Positions 45,901 through 58,682 of a stretch of 64,000 nt of DNA are shown here, piece after piece; position 1 is the first letter of the stretch, and each line of letters begins with the position of its first letter. The position numbers and the translations under genes are program-made. The stretch is from positions 15,347-79,346 of the forward strand of contig VOQV01000003.1 of assembly GCA_016642085.1 (NCBI GenBank). Direction: 5' to 3'. The notes under the pieces were generated by a model. That model did not search any database. It was given only the letters and a program-made list of their open reading frames with translations, and was not told where the DNA came from. Origin of the DNA: Pantoea sp. Brub. Its GTDB lineage: Bacteria; Pseudomonadota; Gammaproteobacteria; Enterobacterales; Enterobacteriaceae.

Positions 45901-46196
45901 AAGTAACAAATATTTTGAAACATGCTGCTAATTGTTGTAGTTATGTATTAAAAACACCACCTCCTGAAGCTTTTTTAGTTGATTTACAACATGGTATTCA
46001 ATTATTTGAAATAAGAGTATATTCGGCTGAAATGGGACATCGCATGCCACTACGTCATGAATTACATCAATTAATTTTAGAAAAATTTGAACAAAACAAT
46101 ATTTTAATTCCATTTCCTCCGTTTCAAATACGTATAGAAGAACAACAAAAAAATACATGCAATTACAATTTTAAATCTTCTACTAATTTTTTTTAA
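42945..46196 (+). CDS. mscM: large mechanosensitive channel of the MscK/MscM family
   Basis: 1083-aa ORF with a signal peptide, a long coiled-coil-like N-terminal part, multiple TM helices and a C-terminal MscS-type domain ([31 protein letters not shown]). It lies directly downstream of psd as E. coli mscM (yjeP) does. Confidence 0.85.
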   Translation: [1083 protein letters not shown]

Positions 46197-46214
46197 ATAT
46201 TATTAAATAAATCA

Positions 46215-47153
46215 TTAACATTTACAAAAATGTTCTCCTTTAATGATATCTTTGTTTAAATCATTAAGCATATTCATTAACAAAGAATTTTCAAAATCAC
46301 TTAAATTATCAAATGATTTATATTCTTTAATGCCGTGTTTTCCTAATATGAATGCTTGTGAAAAAAATTTTGCATATTTTCCATCACCTTCAATGTATGC
46401 ATATTCTAATATGTTTTCTTTACCTTGTAAGGCATTTACTAAAGACATACAAAATTTAGTTGCTGCATATCCCATTGATAAAGTTGCTGATCCGGATCCA
46501 ACTTTAGCTTCTACTATTTTAGTTCCAGAATTCTGAATAGATTCAGTTAAAGATATAATTTCTTGTTTCTTAAGATTAATACCTTTGATTTTAGACAATA
46601 ACGGGACAATAGTAGTACTTGAATGACCACCTATTACTGGAACGTTAATGTCTTGAGGATTTTGATCTTTCAATGTAGCCACTAAAGTATTAGCTCTAAT
46701 AATATCTAAAGTAGTAATACCAAATAAACGATTTTTATCATATACATGATATTTTTTAAGAATTTCTGATGCAATTACAACAGTTGTATTAACAGGATTA
46801 GTAATAATACCTATCAGTGCTTTAGGAGCAGTGATTGCTATTTTTTCAATAATATTGCATATAATATTAGCATTAGTATTAAATAGATCAGAGCGTTGCA
46901 TACCAGGCTTACGTGCTAATCCAGCAGATATTAATATAATATCTGCATCTTTAAATGATGAATTTGGATAGTTACCACTAAACCCTTTAACATTTATAGA
47001 AGTAGGAATATGATTAAGTTCTAAAGCAATACCTAAAATATTTGGAGAAGTATCATAAAGATATAGTTTTGAATAATCTGGTAAATAAATTTTAAGTAAC
47101 AAAGAAAGTGCCTGACCTATACCACCAGCAGCACCAATAATTACAACCTTCAT
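46215..47153 (-). CDS. mdh: malate dehydrogenase
   Basis: 312-aa ORF with [24 protein letters not shown]-binding and the catalytic region VIGGHS. Confidence 0.95.
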   Translation of the reverse strand: MKVVIIGAAGGIGQALSLLLKIYLPDYSKLYLYDTSPNILGIALELNHIPTSINVKGFSGNYPNSSFKDADIILISAGLARKPGMQRSDLFNTNANIICNIIEKIAITAPKALIGIITNPVNTTVVIASEILKKYHVYDKNRLFGITTLDIIRANTLVATLKDQNPQDINVPVIGGHSSTTIVPLLSKIKGINLKKQEIISLTESIQNSGTKIVEAKVGSGSATLSMGYAATKFCMSLVNALQGKENILEYAYIEGDGKYAKFFSQAFILGKHGIKEYKSFDNLSDFENSLLMNMLNDLNKDIIKGEHFCKC

Positions 47154-47521
47154 TATTAAGTCCTTAAATTATAATTTTTTTATTAAATATTATTTTGCAA
47201 TTTATAACAAATATTTACATAATTCATTATTATATAAATAAATATAATTTATTTATTTGTATAATGATTATGATGCATTTATAAATATTAAATATAGTAT
47301 ATTTAATATTATTTGTTAAATATTATTAATTAATAACTTTATTTAAATTTTATTAATTAATCTTTTTATAATTAGAAATATAATAATAAACAATTATAAA
47401 TTATATATATTTATGTAACTTTAGCAGTGGTGCCATATAATTCAACATGTATTTTTAATTGATTTTTAATATTTGTAAAATAATAAATATTATAAATAAA
47501 CTTATGAAAAGTAACAAATTA

Positions 47522-47561
47522 AAATAAATATTGTTTATAACAATATAAACAATATTTATTT
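47522..47561 (-). terminator. 18-bp perfect-stem hairpin just after mreD (candidate mreBCD terminator)
   Basis: AAATAAATATTGTTTATA (47522-47539), a 4-nt loop, TATAAACAATATTTATTT (47544-47561). It starts 7 nt downstream of the mreD stop on the minus strand. There are only 2 G:C pairs. Confidence 0.45.
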
Positions 47562-47568
47562 ATGTTAT

Positions 47569-48039
47569 TTATTTATTAATTTTTTTCATTAATAAATAAA
47601 ATACAGGCCAAATAACACCATTGATTATACTATTTAATAATATTTCATAATGGAAGGAAACATTTAATTTAATTAAACATATTATAAACACAATTAGATT
47701 CATTAATATAGAAAGTTTAATAATCATTAAAGATTGTTTTAAAAAAGATATTTTATATGAAAAGTTATAATAAATCATAATATATGATATAATGCTTAAT
47801 GCTAAAGCATTTGTTCCTAATATTAAGCCTGTAGTTAAGTCTATAAGTAATCCTAATAACAAACCTAAATAAATTTTCCAAAAAACTGGACGATTCAATG
47901 TTGAATAAAACAGAAATAGCAATATCCATGATGGACGTAAGATATTAATAAATTTCGGTAATGGTATAATCTGTAATAAAAAAATAGAAATGAATAGTAA
48001 TAAAACACTACATATTTTTTTTAAAACAATGTATCTCAT
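47569..48039 (-). CDS. mreD: rod shape-determining protein MreD
   Basis: 156-aa hydrophobic ORF. LQIIPLPKFINILRPSWILLFLFY parallels E. coli MreD [24 protein letters not shown]. It follows mreC. Confidence 0.88.
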   Translation of the reverse strand: MRYIVLKKICSVLLLFISIFLLQIIPLPKFINILRPSWILLFLFYSTLNRPVFWKIYLGLLLGLLIDLTTGLILGTNALALSIISYIMIYYNFSYKISFLKQSLMIIKLSILMNLIVFIICLIKLNVSFHYEILLNSIINGVIWPVFYLLMKKINK

Positions 48040-48139
48040 AATAGAAATGTTTTTCTTATAAAAATATATTAAATAAATATTTTTTTCTATAAATTATATT
48101 ATAAAAATTTTATTATATTATCATAATAAATTATTTTAA

Positions 48140-48970
48140 TTATTTATGATTAACTAATGATAATAATAACAAATAATCTAAATCTAAAATATTTACAACT
48201 GAACGTGCATAAATCGTTAAAAACTTTTCTTTTTTATTGAATTGAACTGATGTTATTACTCCAATTGGATAATCTTTTGGAAAGCGTTTGTCTAAACCAG
48301 ATGTTACTAGAATATCTCCAATACGAAAATCACTACCATATAAATTATCTAATTTTAAATCTTGATTGCAATTACAACCAACTCCTAAAGCAATAGCTCT
48401 TAAATTATTACGTAATACCTTTACTGGTATTGCATGTGAATTATTACAAACTAGTAATACGCGACTGGTAAATAAATTTACATGAACAACTTGACCTATA
48501 ATTCCTTTACCATTCATAATCGATTGCCCTACATAAACACCATGTAGTTGACCTTTGTCTATCACTAATTGTTCAATATATGGTGTAATATTTTCATATA
48601 AAACTTTAGTTAGTATCTTATGATAATCAGGGTTTACAGGTATATTTAACAATTTATGTAAATAAATATTTTCTTTTTTATATTGTTCTAATGTAAGTAA
48701 TTCGCTATTTTTTAACAGCAGTTCATTTTGCAATGATTTATTTTTTAAAAATAAGTTTCTATATGTATAAATTATATTGGTTAAGTCATTAATGTTTTGT
48801 AATGGTTTTCTAATTGATGAACAGATAAAACTAACAGTTGTATCATAGTATTTACGTATAGCACTAAATATATATATATCATTGCTAAAAACAATTATTA
48901 TTGTAGATATAAAGACTGCAATAACTAAATTAAATTCTAAAAAATATTTATAACGATGAGAATATTTCAT
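48140..48970 (-). CDS. mreC: rod shape-determining protein MreC
   Basis: 276-aa ORF with an N-terminal anchor, a coiled-coil segment and beta-rich domains (GQVVHV, VLLVCNNSHAIPV). It lies between mreB and mreD. It is shorter than E. coli MreC, which carries an additional C-terminal tail. Confidence 0.85.
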   Translation of the reverse strand: MKYSHRYKYFLEFNLVIAVFISTIIIVFSNDIYIFSAIRKYYDTTVSFICSSIRKPLQNINDLTNIIYTYRNLFLKNKSLQNELLLKNSELLTLEQYKKENIYLHKLLNIPVNPDYHKILTKVLYENITPYIEQLVIDKGQLHGVYVGQSIMNGKGIIGQVVHVNLFTSRVLLVCNNSHAIPVKVLRNNLRAIALGVGCNCNQDLKLDNLYGSDFRIGDILVTSGLDKRFPKDYPIGVITSVQFNKKEKFLTIYARSVVNILDLDYLLLLSLVNHK

Positions 48971-49044
48971 ATTATATTTTGTATTATTTATTTATCAATA
49001 AATAAATATTTACGTATCATGTATTTTTGTTAAAATTTACATAT

Positions 49045-50190
<1,146 letters not shown>

Positions 50191-50824
50191 TTATATAACT
50201 AACGAAACATAATTTATATTAATTTATACATAATTTAATATATAAATTAATATACAAATAATTCTTAATTAATTTTTAATTACTTAATTAAATAAAAACT
50301 TTAATATACTATTATTGATGAAAATGATCAATCATTACTCATGATAAATATTGATAATAATTAATGTTTTATTCACAAAATGACTATATATAATTTTATG
50401 AAGCATTTATCGAATATAAATATAAAAATATTACTGATTGTTTATAATACGATTATTAATACATAATATTTTTTATAAAAAAATAAAATAATTGATGAAC
50501 ATATGTTAGTTTATTTATATAATCATAAACTTATTTATGGTGAGTATTTTAATAATAAACAATTTATTATTTTAATTAAAAGTTAATATCTTTTATATTA
50601 TAATAAAGGCAAAATATTAATCATTTTTATCTAAAAATTATTAATATTTTGGATAAAATTAATATTTTTATATTAATTTTAATTAAATTATAATATTTCG
50701 AATAAAATATAAAAATATAATAGAAAAATATGACTGTCTAATTTAGATGATATTTAAAATATAAATTATAAATATAATAATGATAATATAATTATTTTAC
50801 TAATTTCAGGAGAGACAAATTAAA

Positions 50825-51277
50825 ATGAAATATAAATTTCATATTTTAATTTTAAATGGTCCTAACTTAAATTTATTAGGACTAAGAGAAACAGAAAATT
50901 ATGGTCTTACTACTCTTAATGAAATTATTGAGAATATTATTAATAATACAAAAAAATTAGATACAAAAATTAGTCATTTACAATCAAATTCAGAAAGTGA
51001 AATGATTAATTGTATTCACAAAGCTAAAAATAATGTAGATTATATTATTATTAACCCAGCTGCTTTTACACATACTAGTATAGCAATTAGAGATGCTCTT
51101 CTAGCAATAAAAGTACCATTTATTGAAGTACATCTTTCAAATATTCATTCTCGTGAATCATTTCGCCATAAATCTTATTTTTCTGACATCTCCAATGGTG
51201 TTATTTGTGGTTTTGGAGCAGATGGTTATCTTTGGGCTGTACAAACAGCTATAAAACGTATATCTAAAAATTATTAA
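50825..51277 (+). CDS. aroQ: 3-dehydroquinate dehydratase, type II
   Basis: 150-aa ORF with [14 protein letters not shown] and the [11 protein letters not shown] and HLSNIHSRE motifs. It lies upstream of accB as in many gammaproteobacteria. Confidence 0.92.
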   Translation: MKYKFHILILNGPNLNLLGLRETENYGLTTLNEIIENIINNTKKLDTKISHLQSNSESEMINCIHKAKNNVDYIIINPAAFTHTSIAIRDALLAIKVPFIEVHLSNIHSRESFRHKSYFSDISNGVICGFGADGYLWAVQTAIKRISKNY

Positions 51278-51299
51278 AAAATAAGGAGTCATTGAACTA

Positions 51300-51758
51300 A
51301 TGGATATTCGTAAGATAAGAAAAATAATTGAACTAATTGAAAATTCTAGTATTTCTAAAATAAAAATTTCAGAAGGAACAAAATCTATTAGTATTAACCG
51401 TTTATTAAATAATAATTCAAATATTCAATCACCAATACAAACCATACCGGTTATTTCTCAACCTATTATTAATCAATCTGATTCTTCGAAAATTATTAAT
51501 CATCCAATAGTTAATAAAAACAATGATTATATAATACGTTCACCCATGGTGGGTATATTTTATCGAACTACAACTCCAGATGAAAAACCTTTTATTGAAA
51601 TAGGTCAAAAAATTAATATAGGAGATACTTTATGTATTGTAGAAGCTATGAAAATGATGAATCATATTGAATCTGATAAATCTGGTATAGTGAAAACTAT
51701 TTTAGTAGATAATGGACAACCAGTTGAATTTGATGAACCACTAATTATCCTCGAATAA
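51300..51758 (+). CDS. accB: biotin carboxyl carrier protein of acetyl-CoA carboxylase
   Basis: 152-aa ORF with the biotinyl-Lys motif [13 protein letters not shown]. Confidence 0.94.
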   Translation: MDIRKIRKIIELIENSSISKIKISEGTKSISINRLLNNNSNIQSPIQTIPVISQPIINQSDSSKIINHPIVNKNNDYIIRSPMVGIFYRTTTPDEKPFIEIGQKINIGDTLCIVEAMKMMNHIESDKSGIVKTILVDNGQPVEFDEPLIILE

Positions 51759-51770
51759 AAAGGTATAATC

Positions 51771-53114
51771 ATGTTAGATAAAGTTGTTATTGCTAATCGA
51801 GGAGAAATTGCATTAAGAATCCTACGTGCTTGTAAAGAACTTGGTATTAAAACTGTTGCAGTACATTCAAGCATAGATCGTGATCTTAAAAATGTATTAT
51901 TAGCAGATGAAACAGTTTGTATTGGACCACCACAATTAACTAAAAGCTATCTAAATATTCCAGCACTGATATCAGCTGCTGAAATTACTGGAGCAACAGC
52001 TATTCATCCTGGATACGGTTTTCTTTCTGAAAATGCTGATTTTGCTGAACAAGTAGAACGTTCAGGATTTATTTTTATTGGTCCAAAGTGTGAAACTATT
52101 AAACTTATGGGAGATAAAATTTCCGCCATTCATAAAATGGAACAATTTGGAATTCCTTGTTTACCTAGTTCAAAAAATCCATTGAACTATAATATAGAAC
52201 AAAGTTATCTATATGCAAAACAAATAGGTTATCCAATTATTATTAAAGCTTCTAGAGGTGGAGGCGGTCGAGGAATGCGTATTGTACATAAAGAGAAAGA
52301 TTTATATCAGTCAATTAATATTACAAAAGCGGAATCTAAGGCTGTATTTAATAATGATATAATATATATGGAAAAATATTTACAAAATCCAAGACATATT
52401 GAAATTCAGGTAGTAGCTGATGGAAAAGGTAATGCTGTTCATTTAGGTGAACGTGATTGCTCCATACAACGTCGACATCAAAAAATATTAGAAGAAGCAC
52501 CTGCTATTGGAATTCCTCATGAAACAATCATTAAAATAGGTGAATTATGTGTTAAAACTCTTGTAGAAATTGGATATAGAGGAATAGGTACTTTTGAGTT
52601 TCTTTATGAAAAAGGAAAATTCTATTTTATAGAATTAAATACACGTATTCAAGTAGAACACCCTATAACAGAAATGATAACTGGTATTGATTTAGTTAAA
52701 GTACAACTACGCATTGCAGATGGAGAACAGTTATGGATAAAGCAAAAAGATATCATATTTAATGGACATTCAATAGAATGTCGTATTAATGCTGAAGATC
52801 CTAGTACTTTTCTTCCTAGTTCAGGTAAAATAAATCATTTTCATGCACCTGGTGGTTTTGGAATTAGATGGGAATCACATATTTATACTGGATATAATAT
52901 TACCCCACATTATGATTCAATGATTGGTAAATTAATAACTTATGGAGAAAGTAGAAAGATAGCAATAGCACGTATGAAAAATGCTTTATCAGAATTAATT
53001 ATTGATGGTATTAAAACTAATATAAATTTGCAAAAAAGAATTGTATGTGATGAAAACTTTAAAAAAGGTCAAATTAACATTAATTTTTTAGATAATTTTT
53101 TTAATGAAATTTAA
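51771..53114 (+). CDS. accC: biotin carboxylase
   Basis: 447-aa ORF with [26 protein letters not shown] and ATP-grasp motifs, and the EMNTR-type [16 protein letters not shown]. Confidence 0.96.
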   Translation: MLDKVVIANRGEIALRILRACKELGIKTVAVHSSIDRDLKNVLLADETVCIGPPQLTKSYLNIPALISAAEITGATAIHPGYGFLSENADFAEQVERSGFIFIGPKCETIKLMGDKISAIHKMEQFGIPCLPSSKNPLNYNIEQSYLYAKQIGYPIIIKASRGGGGRGMRIVHKEKDLYQSINITKAESKAVFNNDIIYMEKYLQNPRHIEIQVVADGKGNAVHLGERDCSIQRRHQKILEEAPAIGIPHETIIKIGELCVKTLVEIGYRGIGTFEFLYEKGKFYFIELNTRIQVEHPITEMITGIDLVKVQLRIADGEQLWIKQKDIIFNGHSIECRINAEDPSTFLPSSGKINHFHAPGGFGIRWESHIYTGYNITPHYDSMIGKLITYGESRKIAIARMKNALSELIIDGIKTNINLQKRIVCDENFKKGQININFLDNFFNEI

Positions 53115-54125
53115 TAAATATAATCTGTAATTAATTAATATTTACCTAACAATATCATACTATATTTGTTGGATTATAATTTTATACTGCTATATATAAC
53201 ATGATTGATACAAATAAAAATTTAACATATTTCTAATTTTATAAAATTAAAACCGACTAATCATTAATATCAGTTAGATGACATATCACATATGATTTTA
53301 TGCACCAATTTAAAACCTTTAACTAAAAAATTAAGAATAATGTATTTTAGAATACATTATTACTTATATATTTCTATATGCTATCATGTTAATAAAAATT
53401 GATTTTTTCACGATATTTACATCAAGTACATGTACATTTTACAAATGTTAGATAATAAGTATTATATTTTTAATAAATATGTGCAATAGTTGATATTTTT
53501 TAAGTTAATGAAATATTTTAGATTGAATTTTGCTTATTTAATCTAATTACTTCATGATGACATAATATTTCTTACTTAGATATCATTGGTTATTATCGTT
53601 TATACAAACATTACAAATGGTGTTTTTACATTAATATTTTTTATATTTTCTAACTGTTATCAATAGAATATTTAATATATACATAATTTGTTAAATTATT
53701 ATAATTTATAGATATTTCTTGTTTATTAAGAAACAAATAATAATTTTACACAATTATCGTACATTATATGTATTAATCTTAATTTAATTATTTTATTTAA
53801 TTATTATAAGAATTAAATAAAATAATACAATAAATATGTATTTATTGTATAACCATTGCAAGATTTTTAATATACTAGTATTAATTAAAGATCTATATTG
53901 TTATATGCAATAAAATATAGAGTATTAATAATTTATTAGAATTATTTTTATTAGTTAATAGTAAATTATAATACTATTGTATACAGTAAATATTAATAAA
54001 ATTATTATTAATAATAATTTTATTTAACACATAAAATATTATTAAACAAATAAACAGAACTTAATTATAGATAATGATATAAATGTTATGCTAATATTTT
54101 ATACTATTTAAATAGGTATTATTTT

Positions 54126-56012
54126 ATGTATTCTCAAAATTATTATAATGTAATTATAATTGGAGGTGGTCATGCAGGCACAGAAGCTGCTATGGCTTCT
54201 GCTAGAATGGGTAATAAAACTTTATTAATAACTAATAATATAGAAACAATTGGTCAAATGTCTTGTAATCCTTCAATTGGCAGCATAGGAAAAGGACAGT
54301 TAGTTAAAGAAATAGATGCATTAGGTGGTTTAATGGCTCAAGCTGCTGATTATTCTGGGATTCAATTTAAAATATTAAATATGAGTAAAGGTCCTGCTGT
54401 TAGAGCTACTCGTGCTCAAATTGATCGTGCACTTTATTGTCAAAATATACGTTTAAATTTAGCTAAACAACCCAATTTATTTATATTTCAACAAGAAGTA
54501 AATAATCTAATTATTAAAAATAACCATGTTAAAGGAATAATTACAAAATTAGGAATCAAATTTCATGCTAATTGTGTAATATTAACAACAGGAACATTTC
54601 TTAATGGTATGATACATGTAGGATTAAATAATTACAAAGGTGGCCGTGCAGGTGATTATTCTTCTACTGAACTTGCTAAGTTTTTAAATACATTACCTTT
54701 AAAAGTTAATCGTTTGAAAACAGGTACACCTCCTCGTCTTGATGCTCGTACTATAGACTTTAATGCATTAGAACCACAATATTCTGATAATCCTCTTCCA
54801 GTTTTCTCATTTATGGGGAATACAATACAACATCCAAAACAATTACCATGTTGGATAACCAATACAAATGAACAAACTCATGATTTAATATATAAAAATT
54901 TACATAAAAGTCCAATGTATATTGGTTTAATTAAAAGTAATGGACCTCGTTATTGTCCTTCAATTGAAGATAAAGTCATACGATTCAAGGACCGCATTTC
55001 ACATCAAATTTTTCTTGAACCAGAAGGGATTAATAGCAATGAAGTATATCCTAATGGTATTTCTACTAGTTTACCTTTTGACATACAAATAAAGATTGTA
55101 AATTCTATTAAAGGAATGACAAATGCAAAAATTACTCGTCCAGGTTATGCTATAGAATATAATTTTTTTGATCCACGTGATTTAAAACCAACTTTAGAAA
55201 GTAAATATATTGATGGTTTATTCTTTGCAGGACAAATTAATGGTACAACTGGATATGAAGAAGCTGCTGCACAAGGTTTATTAGCAGGAATAAATGCTGG
55301 ATGTAAATCTTTAAATAAAGATTCTTGGATACCTAATCGTAATGAATCTTATATAGGAGTATTAGTTGATGATCTTTGTACATGTGGTGTTAAAGAACCT
55401 TACCGTATGTTTACCTCTCGTGCTGAATATCGTTTAATTTTACGTGAAGATAATGCTGATTTAAGATTAACTAAAATTGGTAGAAAATTAAATTTAATAG
55501 ATGATTTGCGTTGGAAGAGATTTAATGAAAAAATAAATAATATTGAAATAGAACGTCAGCGTTTAAAAAATACTTGGATAAATATATCATCTGATGACAT
55601 TGTAAATGTTAATAGACTTTTAAAGTCTCCTTTATTAAAAGAATCTAATGGAGAAGATTTATTACGTCGTCCTGAAATAAGATATGTAGATTTAATAAAT
55701 ACTAAAACATTTAGTTCTAAATTAAAGGATAAAGAAGCAGCTGAACAGGTAGAAATTCAAATCAAGTATGAAGGATATATTTTACATCAACAAGAAGAGA
55801 TAAAACGTCAACATCGTAATGAAAATACTTTACTTCCAATTCATTTAGATTATTCTAAAATTCAAGGTTTATCTAATGAAGTAGTTTATAAATTAAATAC
55901 CTATAAACCAATTTCAATTGGGCAAGCATTAAGAATCGAGGGAATTACACCATCAGCTGTTTCTATTTTGCTTATTTATTTAAAAACAAAATTGATGTAT
56001 ACAAACATTTAA
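54126..56012 (+). CDS. mnmG: tRNA uridine-5-carboxymethylaminomethyl modification enzyme MnmG (GidA)
   Basis: 628-aa ORF with FAD-binding [14 protein letters not shown]. It is conserved throughout. Confidence 0.96.
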   Translation: MYSQNYYNVIIIGGGHAGTEAAMASARMGNKTLLITNNIETIGQMSCNPSIGSIGKGQLVKEIDALGGLMAQAADYSGIQFKILNMSKGPAVRATRAQIDRALYCQNIRLNLAKQPNLFIFQQEVNNLIIKNNHVKGIITKLGIKFHANCVILTTGTFLNGMIHVGLNNYKGGRAGDYSSTELAKFLNTLPLKVNRLKTGTPPRLDARTIDFNALEPQYSDNPLPVFSFMGNTIQHPKQLPCWITNTNEQTHDLIYKNLHKSPMYIGLIKSNGPRYCPSIEDKVIRFKDRISHQIFLEPEGINSNEVYPNGISTSLPFDIQIKIVNSIKGMTNAKITRPGYAIEYNFFDPRDLKPTLESKYIDGLFFAGQINGTTGYEEAAAQGLLAGINAGCKSLNKDSWIPNRNESYIGVLVDDLCTCGVKEPYRMFTSRAEYRLILREDNADLRLTKIGRKLNLIDDLRWKRFNEKINNIEIERQRLKNTWINISSDDIVNVNRLLKSPLLKESNGEDLLRRPEIRYVDLINTKTFSSKLKDKEAAEQVEIQIKYEGYILHQQEEIKRQHRNENTLLPIHLDYSKIQGLSNEVVYKLNTYKPISIGQALRIEGITPSAVSILLIYLKTKLMYTNI

Positions 56013-56040
56013 TAAAATTTTTAATAAAAATTTTATTAAA
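56008..56040 (+). terminator. all-A/T 15-bp hairpin overlapping the mnmG stop codon (possible terminator)
   Basis: TTTAATAAAATTTTT (56008-56022), loop AAT, AAAAATTTTATTAAA (56026-56040): a perfect stem that contains the TAA stop at 56010-56012. Confidence 0.3.
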
Positions 56041-56424
56041 GAATTATTTAATAAAATGATTATTATATAATAGTATAACATATGCGGACATATCGTCATA
56101 TGTAGATATAATGAATAATTTAATTTAAATATTATTTACTACATATTAAATTAATATTTCTACTAACAGAATAATTTTATGATATTTAAAATCTAATAAT
56201 ATTAAATAAAAAATATTAATAATAAATTATTATTGATAATCTTATATTTATTTTTTAATTGAAATTAAATATAATATCCATATATTAATTTAGCTACATA
56301 TTTAATATATACATCACATATTTAAATATTTATTGTATATATAAACATATAGTTTTTAATTGATTAAGAAATTATAAATACATATACATTATTCCATAAT
56401 ATATCAATAATGCATAAAGGGTAA

Positions 56425-57258
<834 letters not shown>

Positions 57259-57279
57259 TAAAATAGTATACTACCTTAA

Positions 57280-57540
<261 letters not shown>

Positions 57541-57644
57541 AATAAGTTTTTAAAATTGCTAGATTTTTATTTATTATAAATAAAAAATTGTTAGTTTAAT
57601 TTAAGCAAATACAATATATAAATATTATAGGTACGTGATATTTT

Positions 57645-58121
57645 ATGAATATTAATGCAACAATTTTTGGTCAAGTTATAGCATTTATTTTATTTGTTAT
57701 GTTTTGCATGAAATATGTATGGCCTCCTATTATAGCTGCAATAGATAAAAGGCAAAAAGAAATTAATGACAATTTTAATTTTATAAAACAATCAAAAGAA
57801 GATTTAAAGCTTGCGCATATTGAAGCTGAACGTCAAATACAAGAAGCAAAAGAAAAAGCTCGTTTGATTATTTTTCAAGCTAATCATTATGGTAATAAAA
57901 TTATAGAACAAACTAAACTAGAAGCTAATAATGAACGTACACGCATTATATCTACAGCTAAAATTGAAATTGATTCTGAACGTAAAAAAATTTATGAAGA
58001 ATTACGTCAAAAAATGATACCGATAATAATACTTAGTGTAGAAAAAATCATAGAGTCTTCTATTAATAAAGAAGATTTTAATACAAAAATAATTAATAAA
58101 TTGGTATCTACACTTCATTAA
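57645..58121 (+). CDS. atpF: ATP synthase F0 subunit b
   Basis: 158-aa ORF: MNINATIFGQVIAFILFVMFCMKYVWPPI, followed by a long charged helix. Confidence 0.93.
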   Translation: MNINATIFGQVIAFILFVMFCMKYVWPPIIAAIDKRQKEINDNFNFIKQSKEDLKLAHIEAERQIQEAKEKARLIIFQANHYGNKIIEQTKLEANNERTRIISTAKIEIDSERKKIYEELRQKMIPIIILSVEKIIESSINKEDFNTKIINKLVSTLH

Positions 58122-58129
58122 GGTAAATA

Positions 58130-58666
58130 ATGATTTATAATGCAATAACTATAGCTCGTCCTTATGCTAAAGCAATTTTTAATTTTTCTGTAATACAAAA
58201 AAATATAAAACATTGGCATAATATGTTAACTGTTATTTCAGCTATATCTTCTAATAAAAATATACAAAATATACTAAAAAAAAATATGTCTGCAAGTGTT
58301 TTATCTGAATTATTTAATACAATATGTGGTAATGAAATAGATTGTTATGCACAAAATCTTATAAAAATAATGGCAAATCATAGACGTCTCAATATACTTC
58401 CAGCTGTTCTTGAAATATTTACTAGTATGAAAAATGATTATGAAAAACTTATAGAAGTTGATTTAATATCTGCTAGTAAATTAAGTAACAGTCAATGTAT
58501 AAAAATAAAACTAGCTATTGAAAAAAAATTATCTTACCAAGTTAAATTAAATCATAAAATTGATTCATCATTAATAGCTGGTGTTATTGTTCATTTAAAT
58601 GATTTAATAATTGATGGAAGTGTTAAAGGTCGTATTGCACATTTGAAACATATTTTAAAATCTTAA
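58130..58666 (+). CDS. atpH: ATP synthase F1 subunit delta
   Basis: 178-aa ORF with ARPYAKAIF at the N-terminus. Its position between atpF and atpA supports the call. Confidence 0.92.
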   Translation: MIYNAITIARPYAKAIFNFSVIQKNIKHWHNMLTVISAISSNKNIQNILKKNMSASVLSELFNTICGNEIDCYAQNLIKIMANHRRLNILPAVLEIFTSMKNDYEKLIEVDLISASKLSNSQCIKIKLAIEKKLSYQVKLNHKIDSSLIAGVIVHLNDLIIDGSVKGRIAHLKHILKS

Positions 58667-58682
58667 GGAATTATTAATATAT

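Noticed and set aside
47424-47434. A small GC-richer patch (GCAGTGGTGCC) in the mdh-mreD spacer, considered as part of a small RNA or a gene remnant (argR lies next to mdh in E. coli).
   Set aside because: It is too short, with no flanking secondary structure or open frame that I can recognise. A homology search would be needed to say anything.
53298-53752. DnaA-box-like 9-mers (TTATGCACC 53298-53306, TTTTTCACG near 53404, TTTTACACA 53744-53752) in the spacer upstream of mnmG.
   Set aside because: Each has at least one mismatch to TTATCCACA. They are not clustered or arranged as in oriC, and such near-matches are expected by chance in A/T-rich DNA. They are kept only as context for the origin hypothesis, not as called sites.
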